Shown here: positions 49,656-58,739 of the stretch, one piece after another
Layout: the number at the start of each line of letters is the position of its first letter
How positions within the stretch are numbered: the first letter of the stretch is position 1
Assembly: GCA_934747265.1 (NCBI GenBank)
Contig: CAKVGI010000006.1
Location: 10,606 to 74,605, forward strand
DNA length: 64,000 nucleotides
From: an uncultured Rickettsiales bacterium
GTDB lineage: Bacteria > Pseudomonadota > Alphaproteobacteria > Rickettsiales > UBA1997
Direction: 5' to 3'
Notes under the pieces: model-generated
What the model saw: only the letters and a program-made list of their open reading frames with translations
Told to the model about the DNA's origin: nothing
The model's database searches: none
Program-made: the position numbers and the translations under genes

Positions 49656-50183
49656 CTATTGTTTATCAGACATTTTTGAGTCATAATAAACAAGTAATTT
49701 AGAAAACTCTGCCAAAGAAATTTTAGCAGTAATTTCCTTTATCCCGCTTGCAACTTTTAAATCACGAACGGTAAACCTAATATACATATTTTGTCCATTT
49801 TTTAATTGATTTAGCATCATTTTTTGTTCTGTTGGTGAAAATGGAATAACTCCATAATTAGCTCTTTTTTCTATTATATCGGAAATAATAAGTGGATTTT
49901 TATCTATTCTAACCTTAACATTCGTTGTTTCAAGGGCCGATGGTATCATAATTACCACTTGATTTGCCACCCTATTATTTGGTTGTATATAAACCGAAGA
50001 TGTATCGCTATAAAATGTTGTAAAAACCTTACAACTACTATTTTCAAGCATAACATCCTCTTCGCACAAAATTGTCCAATCTCCAAATTTCTTTTCATCT
50101 ACTATAATATTATCTATTATTTCAGCATGTACTGAAAAACAAACAAGACAATAAAATAAAATAGAGAGACAAAATTTATTCAT
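49656..50183 (-). CDS. secreted protein, invasion-associated locus B (IalB)-like
   Basis: Signal peptide ..FSVHA. The pattern GDWTILCEE...SCKVFT, ..VVIMIPSAL...VKVRIDKNP, ..LKNGQNMYIRF and ..ISLAEFSKL fits the IalB family layout by eye. Confidence 0.5.
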   Translation of the reverse strand: MNKFCLSILFYCLVCFSVHAEIIDNIIVDEKKFGDWTILCEEDVMLENSSCKVFTTFYSDTSSVYIQPNNRVANQVVIMIPSALETTNVKVRIDKNPLIISDIIEKRANYGVIPFSPTEQKMMLNQLKNGQNMYIRFTVRDLKVASGIKEITAKISLAEFSKLLVYYDSKMSDKQ

Positions 50184-50352
50184 ATTTGCTAAATTAAATC
50201 ACTTATAACAACTAATATCTTATTTATTTAAAAAGTAAAGTTTTTTTAAAACAATATAATAAATTTTTATTTTTTTTCATATTATAAATAATTTATCTTG
50301 ATTTTTATTTCAATTTTTATACACATAAAATATATATAAATAAATACTTAAC

Positions 50353-51084
50353 ATGCTTAAAATCATATTTTTAATATTTATTATTTTTATTAGTTCTTGT
50401 AAAAAATACGATAAAAATACTGAAATTTTTATGACTTTACTATCAAGAGAAGAATATTTAAAAGAAAAAGATCCCAAAAGAGTATTTAACCCAAATTCTG
50501 CAATGCTAATTGCTACACTACCAAATAAAATTGGCAATATGTTTTCAACTTATGAGGTTAGTGATTTTGAAATTATGAAAAATGGACTAGGTTATTCCAA
50601 AAGATATAAAAATAATTTAGTTAGAAAAGGATATTGGATAGATGTTTTTGCTTATAATAATGCAATAGATAAAATTCCAGATGATATTGATAATAATATT
50701 ATAAAAAAGATATATAATCAGGAAAGACAATTTATTTTAACAACTTATCAAAATTCAAGAATATTGGAAAATAATATTATTATTTTTAATTCACCATCTA
50801 ATAAAAATTTTACTATGTATGAAACCATTTTTGAATATTTTGATATACAAAATAAAGAAAAATTAAAAATGTTTTTATATTTTACAGTAGTTCAAGATTC
50901 TTTTTTAAAAATAAGAATTACATATAAAATAGGCTCAAATGAACCTTTTATTTTCAAAGATAAAGAACTTTTTCTAAAAGATTTTGGATATTATTTTGCA
51001 GAAGGTATGTCTCTCAAAGATTTTAATAATTTTAAAAAATTAAAAACAGACAATTCAACAACAATGCAAAGAATAAGAAAATAA
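50353..51084 (+). CDS. putative lipoprotein
   Basis: MLKIIFLIFIIFISSC has a signal peptide plus a lipobox-like ISSC. No other motif. Confidence 0.5.
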   Translation: MLKIIFLIFIIFISSCKKYDKNTEIFMTLLSREEYLKEKDPKRVFNPNSAMLIATLPNKIGNMFSTYEVSDFEIMKNGLGYSKRYKNNLVRKGYWIDVFAYNNAIDKIPDDIDNNIIKKIYNQERQFILTTYQNSRILENNIIIFNSPSNKNFTMYETIFEYFDIQNKEKLKMFLYFTVVQDSFLKIRITYKIGSNEPFIFKDKELFLKDFGYYFAEGMSLKDFNNFKKLKTDNSTTMQRIRK

Positions 51085-51148
51085 ATTATATCCTTCCACT
51101 ACTCATAAAAATAATATAGTATTAGAAAAGTTAAACTGTTATTTATAT

Positions 51149-51532
51149 ATGTTTAAATTTTCTACAAAAAGTGAACAGTTGCTTAATACTGTTTATAAGG
51201 AACTTAATATATTAGCACATGAAGTAATTAAAATTTCACCAATAGATTTTTCTATAACGGAAGGTTTTAGGGACAGAATGAAGCAAAAAGAATTATATAA
51301 TGAAGGCAAGAGTAAAACACTTAAAAGTAAACATTGTGAATGCAAGGCCATTGATATTATGTGTTGTAAAGAAGGATACAAAGAACCATTAAGAGATATT
51401 TATATTGTGATAGGTTTATTTTTAGCAAAAGCAAAAGAACTAAATATAAATATAAGAGTTGGAGCATTATGGGATAATAATTCAACAAAAAATAACAATT
51501 TTATTGATGCTTTTCATATAGAATTAATATAA
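51149..51532 (+). CDS. peptidase M15 family (VanY / phage endolysin-like) protein
   Basis: 127 aa. DFSITEGFRDRMKQKELY, SKHCECKAIDI (H...D zinc ligands) and DAFHIE match the small M15 cell-wall peptidase pattern. Confidence 0.65.
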   Translation: MFKFSTKSEQLLNTVYKELNILAHEVIKISPIDFSITEGFRDRMKQKELYNEGKSKTLKSKHCECKAIDIMCCKEGYKEPLRDIYIVIGLFLAKAKELNINIRVGALWDNNSTKNNNFIDAFHIELI

Positions 51533-51681
51533 GAATTAATAAAAATTATCAAAGATTTTTATAATAATTATTATGCAATCACAAGAAATATAGCTATAAT
51601 ACAATCATAAAAACACAGCTATAAACATCAAAATTATAAAAGAAAGCTAAAAATTACAGAAATTTCATTAATTTGATTATC

Positions 51682-51756
51682 TGGCTCCACGAGCAGGGAT
51701 CGAACCTGCGACCAATTGATTAACAGTCAACTGCTCTACCGCTGAGCTATCGTGGA
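51682..51756 (-). tRNA. tRNA-Asn (anticodon GUU)
   Basis: A 75-nt cloverleaf. Acceptor TCCACGA/TCGTGGA, anticodon arm GTTGA-CTGTTAA-TCAAT, T arm GCAGG-TTCGATC-CCTGC, encoded CCA. Confidence 0.9.
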
Positions 51757-52015
51757 ATACCCTTAACCATTTTAAAGAAAGTTTTTTTATTTGCAAGCAT
51801 TTTTTAAAAAATTTTATTAATTGTTTTTATCAATTACAAAGCAGTCTAAAATTATTAAATATTTTAGCATTTTTTATTCCAATAAATACAAAATGAAAAT
51901 ATATTTAATGATAATTTACTCCCAAAAAATCATTATGTTAATATAAAATTATTTTTTGTATTTACTTTTTATTTTGGCTTTTTATAATTCTTAGTGTAGT
52001 AAAAATTTTTAAATA

Positions 52016-53254
52016 ATGGAAAAGCAATATCAAGTTTTAGCAAGAAAATATAGACCTCAAAATTTTTCCGAGTTAGTAGGTCAACCTGCATTAGTTCAGA
52101 CTTTAAGTAATGAAATAAAAAATAATAAAATACATCATGCTTTTATATTAACTGGTATTAGAGGTATTGGAAAAACTACAACAGCTAGATTAATTGCAAA
52201 ATCTTTAAATTGCTCACACAGCGATGGAGCAACAATTAACGCTTGCGGTGAATGTGAACATTGCAAAGCTATTGCAAACTCTTGTGATCAAGATGTTATA
52301 GAATTTGATGCTGCAAGCCATACAGGTGTTGATGATATTAGACAAATAATTGAAAGTACCGCCTATGGTCCAGTTAATTCCAGATATAAAATTTTTATAA
52401 TAGACGAAGTTCACATGCTTTCTAAAAGTGCTTTTAATGCTTTATTAAAAACGCTTGAAGAACCACCTGCATATATTAAATTTATTTTCGCTACTACAGA
52501 AATTAGGAAAGTTCCAATTACGATTTTATCTAGATGCCAAAGATTTGATTTAAGAAGATTAAGCTTTGATGAAATAAAAGAACATATTTCTAATATTTGC
52601 AAAAAAGAAGGTTATGAGGCAGAAGATGGTGCTTTATCAATTTTAGCTAGTTTTTCCGAAGGTTCAGCAAGAGATAGCTTGTCATTATTGGATAGAGCTT
52701 TAAGTCATAATAATTACGAGAAACTCCTAACGGAAAAAAGCGTTTCAGAAATGTTAGGTTTAAGCAGTAAGAAAAATATATATGACCTATTCATAAGCAT
52801 GCTTGAAGGTGATGTAAATAAAGCTCTAACTCAATTTGAAAATATTTATTCATATTCTCTTGATATTGGTGCATTAATGCAAGATTTGCTTAATGTAAAT
52901 CACAATATGATTATGGCAAAAACTTTAAATAATTTTTTTGAAACCGTACACTTACCAAGTGATCAAGTGGAAATTATAAAAAATACTTCACAAAAATTAA
53001 ATATAAGTTCATTACTAAGAGTTTGGAAATTGCTACTAAAAGGTGAATCAGAATTAAAAAATAATTTTGATGCGAAGAAAATTATGGATATGATAATAGT
53101 TAATGTATGTTATGGAAGTAGATTACCTACACTCAGCGAGGTATTAAATAAACAGAATTTAGAAAATCAAATAATTGAAAATAAATCGCAAGAAAATAAT
53201 GCTGAACTTATTGAAAATATTACAAATTTATTTGACGGAGCAAAGGTTTTATAG
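52016..53254 (+). CDS. dnaX: DNA polymerase III subunit gamma/tau (short form)
   Basis: GIRGIGKTTTARL, zinc module CGECEHCKAI, FIIDEVHMLS and SRCQRFDL. Only 412 aa, so there is no long tau C-terminus. Confidence 0.9.
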   Translation: MEKQYQVLARKYRPQNFSELVGQPALVQTLSNEIKNNKIHHAFILTGIRGIGKTTTARLIAKSLNCSHSDGATINACGECEHCKAIANSCDQDVIEFDAASHTGVDDIRQIIESTAYGPVNSRYKIFIIDEVHMLSKSAFNALLKTLEEPPAYIKFIFATTEIRKVPITILSRCQRFDLRRLSFDEIKEHISNICKKEGYEAEDGALSILASFSEGSARDSLSLLDRALSHNNYEKLLTEKSVSEMLGLSSKKNIYDLFISMLEGDVNKALTQFENIYSYSLDIGALMQDLLNVNHNMIMAKTLNNFFETVHLPSDQVEIIKNTSQKLNISSLLRVWKLLLKGESELKNNFDAKKIMDMIIVNVCYGSRLPTLSEVLNKQNLENQIIENKSQENNAELIENITNLFDGAKVL

Positions 53255-53257
53255 TAT

Positions 53258-53791
53258 ATGAAAAGAGTATTAGAATTTTTAAAAAATAAAAAAATATTGT
53301 TCTTGGCAATGTTTTTCATTTTATTATTGGTTGCTTTTGATATTTATACAAAAAGATTAGCTTTCAGCAAGGTTGACAATATTATAGAGAAGACTTCTGG
53401 CATCCATACATACATTAGGATTAATGAATATATAAATATAGTCAAAGTAATAAATTATGGTGTTAGTTTTGGTATATTTAATAAATTACAATATGGACAA
53501 ATAATTCTTTCTATCGCTACGGGTCTAATTATTTCATATGTTTTTTATTTAATGTACAAAAGTAAAAATAATACTGATATTTTTATTTACGCAACAATCG
53601 TAGCCGGCGGTCTTGGAAATTTATATGATAGATTGGTTTTTGGTGGTGTATTTGATTTTCTAGATTTTCATCTTGGAAAATATCATTGGCCGGCATTTAA
53701 CGTAGCTGATTCCTTAATTTGTATTGGTATTGGTTTGATAATATTGAAAGATTTTGTAATTTTTATAAAAAGAAAAACAAATAACAAATAA
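53258..53791 (+). CDS. lspA: lipoprotein signal peptidase (signal peptidase II)
   Basis: NYGVSFG, GGLGNLYDRL, DFLDFH and WPAFNVADSLICIG. Confidence 0.95.
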   Translation: MKRVLEFLKNKKILFLAMFFILLLVAFDIYTKRLAFSKVDNIIEKTSGIHTYIRINEYINIVKVINYGVSFGIFNKLQYGQIILSIATGLIISYVFYLMYKSKNNTDIFIYATIVAGGLGNLYDRLVFGGVFDFLDFHLGKYHWPAFNVADSLICIGIGLIILKDFVIFIKRKTNNK

Positions 53792-53799
53792 TTGTAATT

Positions 53800-55110
53800 A
53801 TGAAAATAAAAAAATATTTTCCAAAAAAATTATTTTCTAGATTCATATTAATAATAGTCTTACCAGTCTTTATAGTTCAACTGGTTTCAACTTATGTTTT
53901 TTATCAAACACACTTGCAGAATGTTATAAAAAAACTTTCAAATATAACTATACAAAATATAGTTTTTGTTAATGATAATTATAAAAACAAAGAAAAATAC
54001 GAAAATAAGAACCTAAGAGTGTATTTTAAAAAAGATCAAAAAATAAAGTATAGAGATATTATTAAAAAAACAAACAATTTTTTATTTTTCGATCAACAAC
54101 AATTTTTTATTGCAAACCTTCTAAATTTAATAAAAGATCCAATATCAGTCAAAGAGAAAAATGATGATTTTATAATATCAATTCAAAAAGAAAAAGGTGT
54201 ATTAGAAATTCACGTAAACAAAAAAGAATTAATTGTTAAAACAGCAAAAATATTTATGATATGGAACATAGCAATATCATTTTTAACTTTATTAATAGCA
54301 ATTATTTTTATGAAAAATCAACTTAAACCAATAAAATTGCTAAAAAAACATATAGCTAATTTTTCATTAAATCAAAAAAATTCAAAATTTAAACCAACAG
54401 GAGCGAAAGAAATTAGAGAATTAAGTACATCTTTCATAGAAATGGAAAAAAGACTTAAAAAATTTGTTAATCAAAGAACCATAATGTTAGCTGGAATCTC
54501 CCATGATTTGCGAACTCCATTAACTAGAATGAAATTAGAATTGGAAATGATGGATGAACCTTCCAAAATATATTTAGAAGAAGATATTAATTACATGCAA
54601 AGCATTATTAATCAATACTTAGTATTTACAAAAAATATAAATGATGAAGATAAGTCAATCATAAACATATACAACTACATAAATAAATTTCTTAAAGAAT
54701 ACAAAAAAATAAATAAAAATATAACTCTAAAAACAAAAGATATAAATGAAAATGAATTGGTTTTAATTCAACCATTAGCGTTCAAAAGAGTTTTGCAAAA
54801 CATAACAGATAATGCTTTAAAATTCGGAAATAAAGCATTAATAAAACTCATAAAAACAAATGATAAAAAAATAATGATTAGCATAGATGATAATGGTCCT
54901 GGTGTTGAAAGAAAATTATTGCAAAAATTATGCGAACCATTTTTTAAAGCTGATAAATCAAGAAATATAGACAATAAAGGAGTTGGTCTTGGACTTTCCA
55001 TTGCAAAAGATATAATTTTGGCAAATAATGGGATCATTAATTTTAGCAAATCAAAATCACTTGGTGGACTAAATGTTCAAATAACATTAAGATTGTATGA
55101 TAGATTTTAA
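53800..55110 (+). CDS. EnvZ-like sensor histidine kinase
   Basis: Two TM helices, a HAMP-like linker, H-box SHDLRTPLTRM, N-box QNITDNALKFG, G1 DDNGPGV and G2 GVGLGLSI. No response regulator nearby. Confidence 0.85.
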   Translation: MKIKKYFPKKLFSRFILIIVLPVFIVQLVSTYVFYQTHLQNVIKKLSNITIQNIVFVNDNYKNKEKYENKNLRVYFKKDQKIKYRDIIKKTNNFLFFDQQQFFIANLLNLIKDPISVKEKNDDFIISIQKEKGVLEIHVNKKELIVKTAKIFMIWNIAISFLTLLIAIIFMKNQLKPIKLLKKHIANFSLNQKNSKFKPTGAKEIRELSTSFIEMEKRLKKFVNQRTIMLAGISHDLRTPLTRMKLELEMMDEPSKIYLEEDINYMQSIINQYLVFTKNINDEDKSIINIYNYINKFLKEYKKINKNITLKTKDINENELVLIQPLAFKRVLQNITDNALKFGNKALIKLIKTNDKKIMISIDDNGPGVERKLLQKLCEPFFKADKSRNIDNKGVGLGLSIAKDIILANNGIINFSKSKSLGGLNVQITLRLYDRF

Positions 55111-55308
55111 ATAAATTTACAACAAATTTTTTGTTTATTTTATTAGAAAGTGCCCCATTCTACTAAAATACTTGCGCAACATTGTTTCGTTAGAATCACC
55201 ACATTCTATCTAAATATTTATACAACAAATATAGTTTCGCTCCATTAAGGTTTTATTTTTTATTCGCTAAACCTCAACCATAACACATTATATACTCTTA
55301 AACTTTGC

Positions 55309-55671
55309 TTATAAAGATCTTCCTACTGTTCCTGTGTCTTCTTCAACCCTTTTTATAAATCTTCGCATTTTCTCTTCTTGAGATAATTCTTTTTTACTTT
55401 TTGTATTATCTGGCGTTGTTTGCTTATCATAAGAAGTTTCACTCGACGACGATTTTAAACTATCAGTAGAAAGAGATCTACTTCTAGGTAAAGAATTAAT
55501 GTCTATAATTTTATTACCCGTTATGCAATCCAAAAATTCATCACTAATTATTATTTTTGATTTTTTTGAAGTGGTAATATTATTCTTAGATTTCATTTCT
55601 ATTCCTACAGTTGCTTCTTGGTTTGAGTTTTTTATTACCCTTCTTATTTGTTTTTTCTTTGGCATTTTCAA
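55309..55671 (-). CDS. hypothetical basic Ser/Lys-rich protein
   Basis: 120-aa ORF with no motif. Coding status is uncertain. Confidence 0.3.
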   Translation of the reverse strand: MKMPKKKQIRRVIKNSNQEATVGIEMKSKNNITTSKKSKIIISDEFLDCITGNKIIDINSLPRSRSLSTDSLKSSSSETSYDKQTTPDNTKSKKELSQEEKMRRFIKRVEEDTGTVGRSL

Positions 55672-55680
55672 ATAAAGTTA

Positions 55681-56442
55681 TTAATTAATTTTATTAAGCT
55701 CTTGTGATTTTGTTTCAATTTCTTTCTCTATCACTTCAAGCAATTCCTCTTTTGACATATTTTTTATTTCTTCGTATTTTATTGGTCTCATAAATTCCAT
55801 CGTAATTGTACCGGAATGCTTCAAAAATTGCTTTTTTGTCCATAATTTTCCAGAATTTAATGCCATAGGAATTATATCTGCGCCCATAGATTTTATCAAA
55901 GCAATAAATCCAGTCTTATATGGATATTGTTCAATACTTGATTCTGGTGGAACTCTTGTACCTTGTGGAAAAATTATGATATTATGACCTTCTTTTATAT
56001 ATCCTTTTCCCTCTTTCAATATTTTTTTTATAGAGCCAGCACCACCACCCCTATCTATTGCTATTTTGCTTGCCAACGCTAAACACCAACCAAAAAATGG
56101 CACCATCAATAATTCTTTCTTTAATATGAAAACAGGAGCTGGTTTCATAATTGTATGCATAATTAATGTATCCCAAGTTGATTCATGTTTTCCCACTATT
56201 ATATAAGCCTTATCTTTTTTAATATTTTCCAGTCCAATAATATTACTTTTTATTCCAACAGTATATTTTAATATAAAAAGCATAAATCTACACCAAGTAG
56301 CCGAAACTAAATCAAAATTTCGTCTTCTATTTGGAAAAAATGGGCACCAAAAAATAATAAAAGCAAAACTTAAAGGTATACTTGTTGCAAGTGTACATAA
56401 TGAAAATAATAAGGATCTGATAAATGTTATTGCATTCTTCAT
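55681..56442 (-). CDS. plsC: 1-acyl-sn-glycerol-3-phosphate acyltransferase
   Basis: HxxxxD block GKHESTWDT and the FPQGTR block. Confidence 0.85.
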   Translation of the reverse strand: MKNAITFIRSLLFSLCTLATSIPLSFAFIIFWCPFFPNRRRNFDLVSATWCRFMLFILKYTVGIKSNIIGLENIKKDKAYIIVGKHESTWDTLIMHTIMKPAPVFILKKELLMVPFFGWCLALASKIAIDRGGGAGSIKKILKEGKGYIKEGHNIIIFPQGTRVPPESSIEQYPYKTGFIALIKSMGADIIPMALNSGKLWTKKQFLKHSGTITMEFMRPIKYEEIKNMSKEELLEVIEKEIETKSQELNKIN

Positions 56443-56597
56443 TTCTCAATCTAATAATTTTTGTATTATTTAAATAATATTTCTTATTTTTAAAAAATAA
56501 AGATAAAAAAAATAATTTATTTTTTATCTTGACTTAATTTTATGACTTTGTATTTTTGTTAGTAGTTATACATTGATAAAATTGACATGAGGATAAA

Positions 56598-57827
56598 ATG
56601 ACTTTAAAACAACAACAAATAGTTGCAAGTTTAGATATAGGAAGCAATAAAATTGTTTGTTTAATAGGTTATATTAACGCTGTTGGAAAAATCTTTATAA
56701 AAGGCGTTGGACATCAACAATCCAGAGGAATATATGCTGGTAAGATTATCAATAAAAAAGAAGCTGAAAAAAGTATTCTTTCCACTGTATCAATAGCTGA
56801 AAGAATGGCTGGTTTTAATATTCAAAGTATAACCGTAAATATAAATACATCAGAAATTTTATCTTCAACTATAAATAGCGATTTAAAGTTAAATAGTAGA
56901 GAGGTAAAAGGTAAAGATATTTTTATGCTTTCAAGAGACATCAAAAATATATTAAAAAAAGGTGGAAAAGAGATCATTCATTTAATTCCATTACAATATA
57001 TGTTAGATGGAAATATTGTTGAAATACCATATAATATAATTGCTGATGATTTAAAAATAACCTTTCATCTTTTATCAACAGAAAAATCAAATATTAATAA
57101 AATAAATGATTGCATCAATAGCATAATGCTTCAAATAAATAATTATGTCTCAAACGGATATGCTACATCTTTATCGGTTTTAGAAGATAATGAAAAAGAA
57201 TTGGGTGTATTATTGCTTGATATTGGTTATAGTGGCACAAATATGAGTCTTGTTTATAATGATAAATATTTATTTGAAAGCAATATTCCAATTGGTGGTG
57301 AACACATCACCAAAGATATTTCCGCCATTTTAAAGACAACTCAAACTATCGCTGAAAAAATTAAAGTTATGAATGCAAATTTCTCATTATCAAAAAAGGA
57401 TGAGGACGAATTAATTAAGATTGATATTGATAATGATGATGAATTTAATGTAGCAAACAATAGCATTAGGCTTATTAATGATATTACAAAAGCAAGAATT
57501 GCAGAAATTGCTCAAATAGCAATGTCAAAATTAAAAGAAAATAATTTAGAAAATACCGCCAAATATATTGTTTTAACCGGTGGAACATCATTAATACCTG
57601 GAATAGATATGTTTATAAACAATATCACAAATATAGAAACAAGAATCGGATATAATGAACAATTTACAATACAAGATAAAAATCTAGCAGTAGAACTTAA
57701 AAATCCAATATATTCTGTAAGTATGGGAATAATGAAGTTTATACAAAATAAATACAATAATAATTCTTATAAAGAAGAAAATAACTCATTATTTTTTGGT
57801 TTTTTGGGTAAAATATTTGGAATTTAA
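56598..57827 (+). CDS. ftsA: cell division protein FtsA
   Basis: Actin-fold phosphate motifs LDIGSNKIVCLIG, LLDIGYSGTNMSLV and VLTGGTSLIPGI, plus a C-terminal amphipathic tail FFGFLGKIFGI. Confidence 0.9.
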   Translation: MTLKQQQIVASLDIGSNKIVCLIGYINAVGKIFIKGVGHQQSRGIYAGKIINKKEAEKSILSTVSIAERMAGFNIQSITVNINTSEILSSTINSDLKLNSREVKGKDIFMLSRDIKNILKKGGKEIIHLIPLQYMLDGNIVEIPYNIIADDLKITFHLLSTEKSNINKINDCINSIMLQINNYVSNGYATSLSVLEDNEKELGVLLLDIGYSGTNMSLVYNDKYLFESNIPIGGEHITKDISAILKTTQTIAEKIKVMNANFSLSKKDEDELIKIDIDNDDEFNVANNSIRLINDITKARIAEIAQIAMSKLKENNLENTAKYIVLTGGTSLIPGIDMFINNITNIETRIGYNEQFTIQDKNLAVELKNPIYSVSMGIMKFIQNKYNNNSYKEENNSLFFGFLGKIFGI

Positions 57828-57908
57828 TATTATTATTTTTACATAATATCAATATTCTCAATATTGTATTAGCATTAAGAAAAATTTTATTTTTGTTTGT
57901 GAAAAAGC

Positions 57909-57936
57909 TTGAAATATAAAAAATATATTTTACAAT
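57909..57936 (+). promoter_or_regulatory. sigma70-like promoter upstream of rpmH
   Basis: TTGAAA, a 16-nt spacer, then TACAAT, 30 nt upstream of ATG 57966. Confidence 0.45.
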
Positions 57937-57965
57937 TTGTACATTAAGTAAATTTTATTTAGAGA

Positions 57966-58106
57966 ATGACAACAAAGAGAACATATCAACCTAGTAAGGT
58001 TAAGAGACAAAATAAACACGGTTTTAGAGCTAGAATGGCTACCGCTAGTGGAAGAAAAGTTATAAATGCTAGAAGAGCAAAAGGCAGAAAAAGATTAAGT
58101 GTTTAG
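57966..58106 (+). CDS. rpmH: 50S ribosomal protein L34
   Basis: Not in the ORF track (46 aa). [46 protein letters not shown] is a canonical L34. Confidence 0.9.
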   Translation: MTTKRTYQPSKVKRQNKHGFRARMATASGRKVINARRAKGRKRLSV

Positions 58107-58112
58107 TTTTCA

Positions 58113-58189
58113 CGGAGTGTAGCGCAGCCTGGTAGCGCAACTGGCTTGGGACCAGTGGGTCGTAGGTTCAAATCCTATCACTCCGACCA
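58113..58189 (+). tRNA. tRNA-Pro (anticodon UGG)
   Basis: A 77-nt cloverleaf. Acceptor CGGAGTG/CACTCCG, anticodon arm ACTGG-CTTGGGA-CCAGT, T arm GTAGG-TTCAAAT-CCTAT, encoded CCA. Begins 7 nt after the rpmH stop. Confidence 0.9.
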
Positions 58190-58197
58190 TTTCAATA

Positions 58198-58222
58198 ATA
58201 GAAGCAAATGCTTCTATTTTTT
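58198..58222 (+). terminator. rho-independent terminator after tRNA-Pro
   Basis: ATAGAAGC-AAAT-GCTTCTAT followed by TTTTT. Confidence 0.6.
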
Positions 58223-58468
58223 GTACCGTAAATTTTTCTAACAAAAGATATTCTAAAATTATTTACTGATAGAAAATATTGCAAGTATCTACAATCGTAA
58301 GTCTAATTTAAAATTCAGAAATGTAATAAAAATTATCAAATAAAACTAGTTTGGGAAAATATTAAATGAATTTGCTAGTTATTAGTGCTACAATAAATTT
58401 AATAGACACATATCGCAAACAATTCAGCAAATCTTTATTAAGTATCGCATGATAAGCTTGTAATTATT

Positions 58469-58703
58469 GCATCTTTGCCCGTAAGTCATCCAATTAGAAT
58501 GCAAGCATTCCATATTGTCTGACATTTAGGGTTCGTTGTTCCTCTGGCAAACTGCGGGCATAAGTTGTAAACCCAACATTTAGCCCTTGTTGCTCCTTCG
58601 GCAAACTGCGGGCATAAGTTGTCAAACTTTGATGCAAGCATCAAGTTTTCCAACGTTTAGCCCTTGTTGTTCCTTCGACAAACTTCACCTGTAAGTCGTC
58701 AAA
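58469..58703 (-). repeat. hairpin-repeat block HR1 (about 3.5 tandem units of ~50-77 nt)
   Basis: Repeated (A)CATTTAGCCCTTGTTGCTCCTTCGGCAAACTGCGGGCATAAGTTGTCAAA, with or without hairpin TTGATGCAAGCATCAA or GAATGCAAGCATTC. Relatively G/C-rich. Abuts the distal end of element E. Confidence 0.7.
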
Positions 58704-58739
58704 TAAAAATAAGCAAACTTCTTTTTACAACTAAACAAT

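Noticed and set aside
52601-52607. A AAA AAG-like slippery run in dnaX as a programmed frameshift site.
   Set aside because: The run is read as AAA AAA G in frame and is preceded by C, so the canonical X XXY YYZ phase is not met. It also lies in domain II (residue ~196), far from the usual gamma/tau junction. A-runs are common in this genome.
58305-58335. A 16-mer, TTTAAAATTCAGAAAT, shared with the region upstream of both modular paralogs (44207-44226, 46879-46898), considered as a common regulatory motif.
   Set aside because: A rough composition-based estimate suggests one such AT-rich 16-mer match in a 64-kb window is not clearly beyond chance. There is no further flanking similarity.
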